This document shows, piece by piece, positions 1 through 12,560 of a stretch of 64,000 bases of DNA (position 1 is the stretch's first letter; each line of letters begins with the position of its first letter). The DNA comes from Octopus sinensis. Its lineage: Eukaryota. The DNA lies in the NCBI RefSeq assembly GCF_006345805.1, contig NC_043006.1, forward strand, positions 1,736,001 through 1,800,000, given 5' to 3'. Made by a program: the position numbers and the translations under genes. Under the pieces are notes generated by a model. It made no database searches, had not been told where the DNA came from, and was given only the letters and a program-made list of their open reading frames with translations.

Positions 1-189
1 GTCATAGGCTCATATGGCTGGTTTTCCAGGTGACACCAACCCATTGCAGGATTGCTCATTTTTGCCAGCTGAGCAATGTGAAATGAAATGTTTTGCTCAA
101 GAACACAATGCATCACTTGGGCTAGGGATTGAAACCACAACCAAACAATCATGAGTGCAACACACTAACCACTAACCCACGTGCCTCCA

Positions 190-755
190 CTATATATTGA
201 CTTTACTTGTTAGTATAGTTATATTGTATATAAAGGGTGCAACACCACACCATAACCAGCTGGTGGAAGATCTGCCTAGGGTTAAACTAGTAGTAACATG
301 GGACAGCCACTTTGATGTGGCGATTGACTTTACTAATTAGTCCAGTTACTACTTGTTAGTCTAGCTACTGATCTCTTCTTGAGATTTTACGACTGGCTAT
401 CTTTGCTTGTTGCAAATCTGTGGCCAATGGTCACTTTGTTTACAATATATTGCTGGCTGGAGTGAACCCTGGCGGTCACTCTGGTGACCAAGTACTCATG
501 ACTGAAGATGAACCAACCAGCTTGAAACTGAGTCAATCTTGCAATCCTGATGTCTGCTAGAGGATGGTAGGGGTTCGTTCCCCCTGCTAGTAATATATGC
601 TGTATATAAAGGGTAGAGTGCCGCACTCTTAACCAGCTGGAAGATCTGCCTGGGGTTAAACTAGTAGTAATATGGAACAGCCACGTTGATGTGACAATTT
701 ACTTTAGTTGTTAGTATAGTTACTACTCTGATCTTTTCTTAAGATTTTGCAACTA
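190..755. repeat. Tandem direct repeat (offset about 377 nt) with an internal imperfect inverted repeat; PLE pseudo-LTR-like
   Basis: TATAAAGGG..ACCAGCTGG..AAGATCTGCCT.GGGTTAAACTAGTAGTAA occurs at about 229 and about 606. Confidence 0.6.
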
Positions 756-765
756 GCTATTTTGC

Positions 766-818
<53 letters not shown>

Positions 819-1640
819 GCTGTATTGTTGGCACCACATTAAAAACACCCAGCTCACTCTGTAAAGTGGTTGGCATTAGGAAGGGCATCCAGCCAGAGAA
901 ACCATACCGAAACAGACACCTGGAGCCTGGGCAGCTCTCTGGCTGGCCACCTTCAGTCAAACAATCCAACCCATGCCAACATGGAAAACATCCAAGGTTA
1001 GGTTGGTGGTGGGGTGGGGAGTAAACCATACAACAGATTAGGGCAATCCCACTCGGGACCATTTCACTAGAAATGCCTATTGGCTATTTTAGCTTTCTCT
1101 GTGCAAGGTGCTGGTCATGGCCGGTTGTTTAAAGGCGCTGTTAAGATTTTTTTTTTATCCTGAATAAAAGGCTTTCTTAAAGACCCTTTTCTCACTAAAT
1201 AGACCAAATAGCAGCATTTTGAGAAGAAGGATCTCCTCCATTCAAGGGTTGTCTTCACAGTATTTTAATGCCTCCAGACAAAGTAATGCACTGGGTCCCC
1301 CCCCCTTACATGCACAATTGTACCACACACAGATTAGCATAGGGCTCATAGACCAGTGTGGGACCCCTGAGCTGAGTGTACCTGTGCTTTTAGAGGGCAC
1401 TGCTTCCAAATGGATTACTCTTACTCTTTTCTCTTTTGCTCTTTTACTTGTTTCAGTCATTTGACTGCGGCCATGCTGGAGCACGGCCTTTAGTCGAGCA
1501 AATCGACCCCGGGACTTATTCTTTGTAAGCCCAGTACTTATTCTATCGGGCTCCTTTTGCCGAACTGCTAAGTGACGGGGACATAAACACACCAGCATCA
1601 GTTGTCAAGCGATGCTAGGGGGACAAACACAGACACACAA

Positions 1641-1674
<34 letters not shown>

Positions 1675-1675
<1 letters not shown>

Positions 1676-2070
1676 GGCGCAGGAGTGGCTGTGTGGTAAG
1701 TAGCTTGCTTACCAACCACATGGTTCCAGGTTCAGTCCCACTGCATGGCACCTTGGGCAAGTGTCTTCTACTATAGCTTCGGGCTGACCAAAGACTTGTG
1801 ATTTGGTAGACGAAAACTGAAAGAAGACCGTTGTATATATGTATGTATATATATGTATGTGTGTTTGTGTGTCTGTGTTTGTCCCCCTAGCATTGCTTGA
1901 CAACCGATGCTGGTGTGTTTACGTCCCCGTCACTTAGCGGTTCAGCAAAAGAGACCGATAGAATAAGTACTGGGCTTACAAAGAATAAGTCCCAGGGTCG
2001 AGTAGCTCGATTAAAGGTGGTGCTCCAGCATGGCCGCAGTCAAATGACTGAAACAAGTAAAAGGGTAAAA
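1675..2070 (+). mobile_element. tRNA-derived SINE family A (resembles octopus OK-type), full copy
   Basis: A/B-box-like head GGAGTGGCTGTGTGGTAAG..GGTTCAGTCCC, central (TA)/(TG) tract, tail ..CAGTCAAATGACTGAAACAAGTAAAAG. Other copies or halves: 1415-1640(-), 2172-2338(-), 9515-9660(-), 10495-10860, 14900-15200, 27285-27440(-), 27478-27660, 29525-29780, 32245-32420(-), 38410-38570, 39625-39860, 45520-45870, 53118-53350(-), 56035-56250(-), 56710-56860(-), 57345-57555(-), 57765-57920(-). Confidence 0.88.
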
Positions 2071-2071
2071 G

Positions 2072-2172
<101 letters not shown>

Positions 2173-2349
2173 TACGACGGGCTTCTTTTCAGTTTCCGTC
2201 TACCAAATCCACTCACAAGGTATTGGTTGACCCGAGGCTATAGTAGAAGACACTTGCCCAAGATGTCACGCAGTGGGACTGAACCTGGAACCATGTGATT
2301 GGTTAGCAAGCTACTTACCACACAGCCACTCCTGCGCCTATGAACAACT

Positions 2350-2645
2350 TGGAAAGTATGCATGTTGCCTGTGCTGCAGTCCTTGTTGGTGCTGTTGTTA
2401 TTGTTGTCGTTGCCGCCGGTGTTGTTGTTGTTGTTGTTGTTGATAGAGTCAGGGCTGCTGGTGTTGTTGGAGCCGGGGTTGCTGGTGCAGGCGATAGTGG
2501 TGGAGGTGCCGGCGGCGACGGTAGTGCTATCGCCATTGCCAGTTATGCTGTTGTTGTTGATAATGTTGCTAACAGGTCTGGAATCGTGGACGTCGGGGTC
2601 GCTATTGGTAAGGCTGATGATGATGATGATGACGATGATGATCAT
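2350..2645. repeat. Cryptic trinucleotide (GTT/GGT/GAT) low-complexity tract
   Basis: Degenerate triplet repeats leave most reading frames open. Confidence 0.75.
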
Positions 2646-2984
2646 TTTAACCCAAAGGATTCGTTGATAATGACGGCAAATATGTTTGTGTGCACGCGTG
2701 CTTATGTAATCTTAAATTTTATCTTATAGCTTTTTTACCTTAATTATTACCTTAATTTTACCTTAATTTTTACCTTAATTATTCTCCTACATACAGTCTA
2801 CTTCTTACATTCTAATATTGCTAACTCTAAATTCAGAAACTGGAAGCAAGGGAAATAACCACTTTTAAAAAATATAGAAGTTACCTCCCTTATTGATTTG
2901 TCCGCATGACAAGATTCCTCCGGTTTTTAAATTTGACCACAAATTGTGACTGTACACAAATCCAACTCTATTGAATATATATAT

Positions 2985-3046
<62 letters not shown>

Positions 3047-3052
3047 CATTCC

Positions 3053-3436
3053 TACACAATTGTGCCCCACCGATTTGTCTACTTATAACTTTCAGAAAGT
3101 AGGATATTTTTAAAGGAAATTTTCTAGAAATATATTTCAGATGATTTAGATTGCAGTTGAAGAGGAATTTGTCATAAAGGGGGTTTTTGTTGGGTTTTTT
3201 CTGTGTGTGGAAGTGGGAAGAAGAGTTTCGGATGATTCACACGTGGTGAATTTGTTGCTTCAGAACTTTTTGAAAAATTTGTATTTTCTAATGAAATTTT
3301 ATGCAAATGCTTTTCAGGTGGTGTTGATCGTCATTATATTGAAATTCGTTATCTTCACCATCTGATTGGTATTTGTTGAAAATTTCATTAAAAAGATAAA
3401 GTTAGGAGGAAACGAAGTTAGTGGGGCACACTTGTA
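3053..3436. mobile_element. MITE-like element with TA-bounded inverted ends
   Basis: Left TACACAATTGTGCCCCAC versus rc of right TACAAGTGTGCCCCAC. Confidence 0.55.
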
Positions 3437-3991
3437 TAGGTATGACTCGGTGTGTGTGTGTGTGTGTGTGTGGTGGGTGGGTGTGTGTGTGTATAAATAT
3501 ACATATATAGTGAAGGCACATGGCTCAGAGGGTAGAGTTTTGGGCTCATAATCTTGTGGTTGTGAGTTTGATTCCTGGACCTGGCTGTGCGAAGACACTT
3601 TATTTAATATTGCTCCAGTTCGCTCAGCTGTAGAAATGAGTAGAGATGTCACGGTGCCAAGCTGTATTGGCCTTGGCCATTCCCTTGGATAACATCATTG
3701 GCACAGAGAGGGGAAGCTGGTATGCATGGGCGACTCTTGCTTTTCCATAAACAACTTTGCCCGGACTTGTACCACGGAGGAGAGCTTTTAGGAGCAATCC
3801 CATGGTCATTCATGATTGAAGGGGATCTTAACCTTTACCCTTTATATACATATATATATATATTTTTGATTATAATCACCCTGCATATTTTTATGGGTAA
3901 CACCATTAAACAATTCTGGTGCATCTAAATTAAGTGCCATATTCATTTGAATCTAAATTGTTTGCTGAACTTATATATATAAATATATATA

Positions 3992-4027
<36 letters not shown>

Positions 4028-4541
4028 TATGGATATATACATACGTATATGTACATACATCTATATGTGTATATATATACATATGTGGGTACAGGTATAT
4101 GGAATATGAACTATTTTTTCGAACAACGAAAGACACAAATGGAAAGTAAGACAAACAACACAAAGAAAGACCGTTCATCAGTTGTTGGCTGTTTTTCTAC
4201 TCTCATATTTCGAGCATTTAACAAGATACGCTTTATATAAAACAGTTGCTCTCGCAAAGCAAATTAAATAAAATTTGGGATTTTGCGGAGGGTCAAAATT
4301 GGTAACACAAACAGGACAAATTTTTATCGTTACAACTGCTGACTCCGACATTTCATATTATTGTGTACCTAATCAATCTTAGCAGTTACGATTGCTGACC
4401 CAGTGGAAAAAGAATCGCTGCCTTCTGAAGCTGCATTACCAACAACTTGGTGACCCGGTGTAAAGAGAAATTACCTCCTCCTTTTCATAATATATGCACT
4501 TTCCAGAACAAGACGCGCCTGCATAGTCTTCTTCCATAGAC

Positions 4542-5006
4542 ATGGCACTGCCTCAGTCCACAATTTCAATAAAACTGCCATCCTTCTGGTCTTTCAATCC
4601 GGCCCTCTGGTTCATCAACATCAAGGCCCAGTTTGCTGCAAATAGAATCGTGAGTGACGCAGCGAAATTAATGCACTTATTCGGTGCCCTTTCACCCGAA
4701 ATAATGAGGGAGGTCAGGGACTTGATTATGGCCCCACCAGGTTCCGTGTCTTACAACACTTTTAAGACTGAACTCATAAAAAGGACCTCTGACTCGGAGC
4801 AGCAGTGATTGCACCAACTTTTAATTTCCGAAGAACCGGGCGATAAAACTCTGTCACAACTATTACGACGTATGAAGCCACTGCTAAGTGATCACACGTT
4901 GCCAGGCGGGATATTCAAACAAATATTCTTGAAACTTCTGCCTGCCAACACACAACTAATACTGGCATCTACAAAAGAATCGGCCACTGTCGAGATAGCA
5001 GGTTGA
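4542..5006 (+). pseudogene. gag: Gypsy gag
   Basis: KLPSFWSFNPALWF..EAQF-like, EVRDLIMAPP and ELIKRTSDSEQQ*LHQLLISEE; in-frame TGA at 4806-4808. Confidence 0.88.
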
Positions 5007-5399
5007 ATTGCTGAAGCAGCCAACTTCTTCTCAACAATGGCTCCGATATCTTCCACCAATCCTTTTGCTGCTTCTTCGGATTCCTCTGAACTGCTGGAAC
5101 TTCGTGCACTCCTGGCTCAACAGGCCACTCACATTCAAACACTCTCAGCGTAATTACAAGAGCTGACATGTTGCAGCCGCTCACTGCACAAGAGAAACCA
5201 ACCCCGACACTTTAATAGAAAGCTTTGAGGAGCCCCAGCGTCACTCGGCGATTTCCTCGGTTTTACTTTTACCACAGGAAATATGGCAAACACGCGTTCC
5301 TGCACGCCACTCTGTTCCTTCGACAGTCATACTCCTTCTGGTCCAGAAAATTACCAAGCCAGGTTTTAGGGGCGACAGACGCTCCTGGCGCAGGTAAAC

Positions 5400-5990
5400 A
5401 AACTCGTCTTTTCTTCGTAATGGATCGTACTACAGGTACCCGTTTCCTCGTGGACACTGGAGCGGAAGTTTGCATCATCCCAAAGCAGCTCAACCACTTA
5501 CAGATGTCCTGCGCAACAAAACAAAGAAGAGACAGGCTATAACCTTAGGCGACGAAGAGCTGGCCTCTTTCAATAAACTAAAGGATATTCTAGCTAAGGC
5601 CACGATGCACCACTCAGTTTGCTAGTTGACTTGTCCGTGTCCGGAGTCGATGGTGTCCTTCAACAGTTTGTTGATGGCATTTGGCAACCATTGTCATATT
5701 TCTCCAAGTGACTTCAACCTGCGGAGATGAAATATAGTACTTTTGGACATGAGCTACTGGCTGCGTATCCGTCCATAAAACACTTCCGCCATATGTGAGA
5801 AAGATCCATTTTCAGCATCTACACAGACAATAAACCGCTAGTATATGCATTCAGGAAGAAACCTGACTGCCATTCTCCCAGAAAAGTCTGTCACCTCGAC
5901 TTCATCGCCCAATATTCCACAGATATCCAGCGTATCAAAGGCTCCGACAACACAGCAGTAGACGTGCTTTCATGTGACCTTCTTAACCCT
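5400..5990 (+). pseudogene. pol: Gypsy protease joined directly to the RT-connection/RNase H region
   Basis: FLVDTGAEVCIIP, then after a junction near 5483 AQPLTDVLRNK..FNKLKDILAKAT, WQPLSYFSK, KYSTFGHELLA, IYTDNKPL and IKGSDN. Confidence 0.85.
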
Positions 5991-6043
5991 CTGCATGCTC
6001 TGGAGACTATCGATCTTCAGCTGATCGTGGCAGACCAGCAAAT

Positions 6044-7329
6044 ATGACAAAGAGCTTAATAAGTTGCGGAATTCGTCGTCCCTCAAGTTCCAACTGGTCC
6101 CATTATCTTCTACCTGTCACATATGGTGCAATACCTCCACTGGCCACGAACGCCCTTGCATCCCCAAACAACACCGACGACATATTTTCACTGCCCTTCA
6201 CTGTCTATCACACCCTGGCATTCGTTCCACACAGAAGATGATAACAACTCGCTTTGTGTGGACAAGCATTAGCAAGGACATCCGCGCTTGGGTTTAGAGT
6301 TGTGCTGCCTGCCAAAAGGTGAAAATACAACATGTAAAATCGCTTCTCGGCACTTTCACAACACTGGATGCACGTTTTCAACACATCCACATAGATATAG
6401 TCGGACCTCTACCACTGTCTCACAAACATAAGCATCTGTTGACCTGCATCGACTGCTTTTCTCGATGGCCTGAGGTTTTCCCTCTGTCTGACACTTCAGC
6501 AGAAACCGTTGCTAAAGTGCTGATATCAAACTGGGTATCACGTTTTGGTGTCCCCGCAACCATCACAACAAACAGAGGACGGCAATTCGATTCACACCTT
6601 TTCAATGAACTCACATGCCTGATCGGTTCCAAACACTGCCGCACAACAGCGTATCATCCAGCGGCAAACGGCATGATAGAGAGATTCCACAGGCAACTGA
6701 AATCAGCCATACGTGCATGTCCAGACATAACCAACTGGATGGAATTCCTTCCTCTTATTCTGCTCGGTATCCGTATATTTGCTAAGGGCGACATGGGTCA
6801 CTCACCAGCTGAGTTAGTTTACAGCACCCCACTGGCCCTGCCTGGGCGAATGATCACTCCAGTTCCTCCAAGGGATATTCCTGGTCCCGCATTTTATATA
6901 CATCGTCTCCACGCACATATGTCCCATCTCTCACCTAACGCACTCCATTTGCAGAAAACTGACACATATATTCCCTTGGACATTAACCAATGGATGTACG
7001 TTTTTATCCAGAATGATGGAATACCATCACAAATCTGTCCACCGTATTCTGGACCCTACAGAGTGCTACAGAGAAGGGAGAAATACTTCGTCGTCAACAT
7101 GAATGGCAAGCCAAATACTATTAGTAATGATCGACTTAAGAAATCTATCATCGAACCCGATTCCTCCTCATCATCGTTGACTCCACACCAAACAGACACG
7201 GTCTCGTCAACACCTCCTGCATGTACCTCAACGTCTTCACTGCAAACTCGAACAAGAAGTGGGCGAAGAGTCCGCTGGCCGGCGAAATACATACAAGTTT
7301 TCTATTTCAAAAAGATTCCAGGTGAGTAA
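6044..7329 (+). pseudogene. pol: Gypsy integrase (HHCC region plus DDE core)
   Basis: [70 protein letters not shown]. Confidence 0.92.
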
Positions 7330-9314
7330 TTTACAGGTACCAATGCTTTAATTTCTATATGAACAGCTACACATCTTATTTATTTATATTTTTCTTTCCA
7401 CTGAACTTCACAAGGACCATACCTGTAACACATTACATTAATTCAATTTTCTGTTTCTCATTTTAAATTAAAATTGATTCTGCTTGCATTCTTTCAGACT
7501 CAAATCACCTGAACATTTTATTCATCACCTGAATTTTAGTTTGCATACCTTCCCAATTTTATTCATATTTCGCATTGTTGCACATTGCATTTTGCATGTA
7601 TATATATTTTTTCTCGTTCACTTTGAAAATGCATATGCACATACATGCACCTTTCTTCAGCACCTGGCCTTGCACATGCATCTGCACACATGGTTCATAC
7701 ACACACACATGCTAACTCTGTCCCATTCATGCACCACACATGCCTTTCTTGATTGTTTTTCATGCTCAATATGCCCTTGTAGACACAACTCATCTCTGTA
7801 AGACCCTAGGTCAGTCACGCATACATAGAGAAAGTTGTTTGTCCCTTACAACGCGCAAGCATGCCACACTTTTGTTCCTGCATGATCGAGGCATATAATA
7901 CCTCATGCACCAGCTGCCATATTCAACACTATACACTGTATCTGAATCACTGCACTAGCATTACTGCTTCAGCCTTGCAAGTCCTATTGCACACATGCAC
8001 ATGCACCTCTATTATGCATCTACTGCCTTGTTTTGCAACACGTCTGCGTCAGCTCAATTCTTCTCCTGACTCAATTCACGTCGGATGTTCACATGCTTTG
8101 CGCTCATGTTTAGACATAATTTCTCTGTTAATATCGTAACCAAACTCCTGAAAATTATCTCTCTTGCACATCACTCCAGCATGCTTACACTGTCATCCTT
8201 GCTAACTTAGGAATTAACCACGACAACAGCACCAAACACATTTCACTTTGTAGAAACATTCCAGGCATTTCACACATTGCAACCCTGCAGGAAGATCTTT
8301 CACATCACGGATTGAGAATACACTCACTCACCTGAGCTTATTTTACAGTCAATTTTGAAATGTGCACCTGCACTCCTGTATACGCCCTCACGCGCACACA
8401 GGTGCACATTTGTTCTACTGCCCAGTCACTGACTACACACATTTTGTCATGCAAAGTGTCACCGCTATTCAAACTAACCCAATTAGAAAACTGTCCCCTA
8501 TACTTTTCAATGATCCTCTCTCTCTTGATATACAAAATTTCTCCTCAACCATACATTTCTTTCTCTCCTTTAATCGTTTGTTTCCTTTCCCAGAACCTCA
8601 CTGGTGAGGAGAGTGATGTAGTGATCCATCATATCCAAATTAAAATTAACAGTTCAACAGAACTTTTCTCACGGTGGAACAATGGTTTTTCTCTGACAAC
8701 ATTTTTGAATTTGCCAGATTGCTTTTAGCTAGGCTGAAATAATGTCTTCACCACTTGACCCTTATAACCTCTTCTACTTCACCAAAAGCTAGAATAGAGA
8801 TATCACAGTACCACCAACGAAGCCCATTGTCCTCAACAATATGTCTATCCTTCTGGATAGTTATAAAAGCAAGAACCCCCTAGAAAAAACCAAGTAGTTA
8901 CTTGGTGACAACTGAATGAGGTGGCTCATGACAACTCAATTAGGGAATGGACTACTAGAATCATGACCAAAAGGAAGGCAGCTACTAAAGATAACGGTCA
9001 GCGAGAGAAATAAAATTTACTGTTATCAACTGTGAGACAATGTCCCACAACCCTACAATTTTCTCTAGCTCTAATTCTGTCCTCTTACAACCTCATTCTA
9101 TCACTATCTGTGGATTAGTACTAACAATTCATGTACACAAAACTAGGCAAAGAAAAATTCTACCACATCTAAACTTTCTTTCACATGCTCTCAGATATTA
9201 TAACCTGCCCGTCGAGGTAAAGGTATTTTTCAATGTAACGGTAAATAAATACTTTCTTAAAACTTCATGCATTGTCCATCTTTCACATCCTACCACATGT
9301 CGTTATAACAACAA

Positions 9315-9465
9315 ATTTTATCGTTACAACTGTTGACTCCGACATTTCATATTATTGTTTACTAATTAATATCTCCCATTACAATTGGTGACCCCGAACA
9401 AGAGAATTGCAGCCTTCCCAAGAACCAACCATTACAAACTGGTGATCCCGATGTTGCACCATAAC
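9315..9465 (+). repeat. Second copy of the Gypsy leader (three LTR-end/PBS units)
   Basis: Homologous to 4321-4470; TGGTGACCCCGA at 9386-9397. Confidence 0.75.
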
Positions 9466-10869
9466 AGGTATTGATTATAAAAAATAATTTTAACCATTGC
9501 ACATATATATATATATACACACATGGGCTTCTTTCAATTTCTGTCTCTCAAATCCACTCATTGACTTGGCTGGAGTGGAAGACTTTTGCTCAAGGTGCCA
9601 TGTAGTGAGACTGAACCTGGAACCATGTGGTTCAGAAATAAGCTTCTTGCCTCCTGGTCAAGCCTTCCCCTATAAACATTTATCAGGGATATCTCTTTTT
9701 TATATATATTTTGTGTCAATGTTGGTTCTAGAACCTGTAGATCGAAGGAGTTTAAAGGAATATTATTTCCCTAATGAACAACCCACTCACTCCAGGTTCT
9801 GAACTAATCTTTACCTCTGTCTCTCCTTGCTTCATCTTTACCCTTTTCTTCCTTGCTCATGTGTCTTCCCCAGATGTTAACTGATAAAAGTTTAAGAGGA
9901 ACATTTATGGCATAAATCCCACTGATCAATTTCTTCTGCAAAGTGGGAAGAAATCTAAAGACAAAGAATTTTTTCATGCTTTGCACTTCATCCTTTACTA
10001 CCATCCTTCTTTCCAGTGATAGTGGCATTTCTACTCTTTTCAGGGCTTCAAGATTTCACTATGACCCTGGCAGGATGGCTAACAGGTGCTATGCCTTGCC
10101 AAATGGCAACATGTGGTTTTGTCTGCGACTGTTTATTGTGTATATGCAGTTAACCTTTATATTTGTCGACCATTCCTCTACCCGCACACTGGGAACCCAA
10201 TGGATGGGAGTTTTCATCACTGCACCAAGCTCGACAAGACGATGATGATGATGAAGTTATAATAATGAAGCCACACCAAAGAATAATATTCTGAAAGCAT
10301 TTAATACGTAAGTTTCAGATCATAGTGTGATACATCCTTTACGTAAGACCTTCCTCAGTGAATACATTCAAAAATATAAAACAAACTGATGGAATTTGTT
10401 CTATATATGTATGGTAAGGGCAGGAAATGATTATGGTAAGCTGGCATAGATTTTAAAATGAAGTATGAACAAGGAAAATCTATAAAATTACAGGTATGTG
10501 AGCATGGCTGGACAGGTACAAAGCTCACTTTGCAACTATTGGGTTTTGGTTCAGTTCAACTGTGTGGAACCTGGGACAAGTGTCTCCTACTATAGCCCCA
10601 GGTTAATCAATGCCCTGTGAGTAAATTTCGCAGATGGAAACTGTATGGAAGCCTGTTATGTGTGTATGTATGTTGTTTTTATCCCCCCAACCCCCACAAC
10701 CTTGGTTTGTTTACATCCGTGTAACTTAGAGGTTCCGAATAAGAGACTGATAGAATAAGTACAAACATGAAAAAAAAAAGTACTGAGTTGATTTGTTCAA
10801 CTAAATCATTCAAGGCAGTGCTCCAGTATGGCTGTTATCCAATGATTGCAGCAAATAAAAAAATAAAAG

Positions 10870-12560
10870 AATGTGACAGAAGGAAAGAAATTTATTTTTC
10901 CTTGAAACTTTTTTCGTAGGCTCAAGCGGCCCTCATTATACTCCTGAGTGCTTGTTTTATGCTCCAATTTCAGATGGTTGAGTGGAATCAGAAAAACTCG
11001 GACCAGTAGGGCTTTCTCCTGAAAAGTCAGGCAGAGATGATGGGCGGGGGGGGGGGGCACTTTCAAAGCTATGCATTATTCAGGATGCTGAATGTTGTTT
11101 AGTAAAATCTATCCTAAACTGAAAATCAATATGCACTCATTGAACTCATTACCTGCAATTCGTTCAAGGTCATTTGAAAATGCTGTACCTTGGGGATTTA
11201 TTTGGGACCTAAAGACATAATTTCATATTGGCTGTTTGTTTGTTTTTGCCCCCGAAGAGAAAGAAATTTATGCATATTCTGAATATTAGAAACGTCAAAC
11301 GTAAATATAAAATAATTGTGTGGAGTTTAATATTTTTAACTTTCTTATTTGGGCAACTAAACCGGAAATGCTGCGGACATGAATAGCAGTTATCCCCCCT
11401 TATGGCATTTAAAATTCCCGGTGCATTTTATTTATAGAAGACTTCTTTCAGATTACACCGTTAACCACGTGATCTCTATGGCGGTAGAGACGGACAAGTG
11501 TTTACAAAAATTGCTCTAATAAATATTTGGGCCTAAAATATTTATTGAGGTGAGTTGTAACAATATTACCTGATCTCTCGTACTGAACATAAGCGATCTG
11601 ATGAGTGAATGAGTGGAGTTTTTCCTTGTGTTCCTTCGCCAAAATCTGACTTTGACAATTGCCAGGTCGACTTTTTTTAAAAGCCGCCAAAATAAGCGTT
11701 TCAAGAATCTTCCGCATTCATTCATTTTTGGGGCGAAAAAATAGGCAAAGACTCTTTTAATCGTAGCTTATGAGGCGGCAGTGTACCTGGACAGGTTCCT
11801 ACCTGTGTTAGTCGTCCCTATAATGTTTACAATTAATGTTTAATTAGTGTTTTGTGAGGAAACAACGTAAATATTGACTTGTCCATTATTTATGTCGTAT
11901 GTCACCGTTAATTGTTGCAGGAGATTCTCTTCGGGATTTTCCTTGCATTGGAACCAATATACAATCGTTTCTCTTGATCGCTTCGATATTTCAAAGTTCG
12001 ATTTCTCTTTTAATGTTCTCAGTTCTTGTCATTTGTCAGATTTTCATGTTTTCTTTCTCTCTCAAAAATCCCGATTAGAAAGAAAGAATTCCGAAATCGG
12101 GTTCGAATCGAGCTTAAATTAAACATTTTCCCAGAGAAGCCGAGCGAAAGTATAAAAACATTCATAACGAACGATTTTGCTTTCTGAAAAACTGAAATTC
12201 CTTTTCGCTTTTGTATATTTTTTTCTTTAAAACTGAGAAACCTTTCTTAGGGAAATCGTAAGAAATTCAGAAGAACTATTTTCAGTAAAATTGGGACGGA
12301 CAGAAAGTGAACATTGTTTTTCTAATGATTTAAAAATTAACAAAAACACCAGCAAATGACTAAAGGGAAATAATACTTTCGTTATTTAATGAATTTGTTT
12401 CACCGAGGAACGATTCCTCATCCGACAACATTCCATCGCTTTCGCCGATGCGAACTCACTTCCTTCTTGCAAATCTTCTCACAAATCTTGTGCAGTGGAG
12501 TCAAGTTGAGATTTCAGCTCCGTCTTTCCGAACCATTCTTCCTTCCTTCCATAAGCACCG
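10870..12560 (-). ncRNA. Candidate divergent spliced transcript (lncRNA or 5'UTR exons of an unidentified gene)
   Basis: Minus-strand chain: donor 12459 with acceptor 12322; donor 11569; 56-nt exon 11208-11153 (tttAG/GTAATG); acceptor 11019 (ttttcAG). No recognisable ORF. Confidence 0.35.

Larger units (their letters stand above)
4321..7329 (+). mobile_element. Degenerate Gypsy/Ty3 LTR retrotransposon with RT core deleted
   Basis: PBS-like leader, gag, aspartic protease, RNase H and integrase in Gypsy order, with stops and frameshifts. Confidence 0.92.

Noticed and set aside
2238-2729. Overlapping 73-135 aa ORFs on both strands
   Set aside because: Triplet low-complexity sequence lacks stops by composition; no splice or domain support.
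4321-4470. Repeat-spacer periodicity resembling a CRISPR array (also 9315-9465)
   Set aside because: Only three degenerate units, eukaryotic context, no cas genes; the motif is explained by LTR end plus tRNA-Trp PBS.
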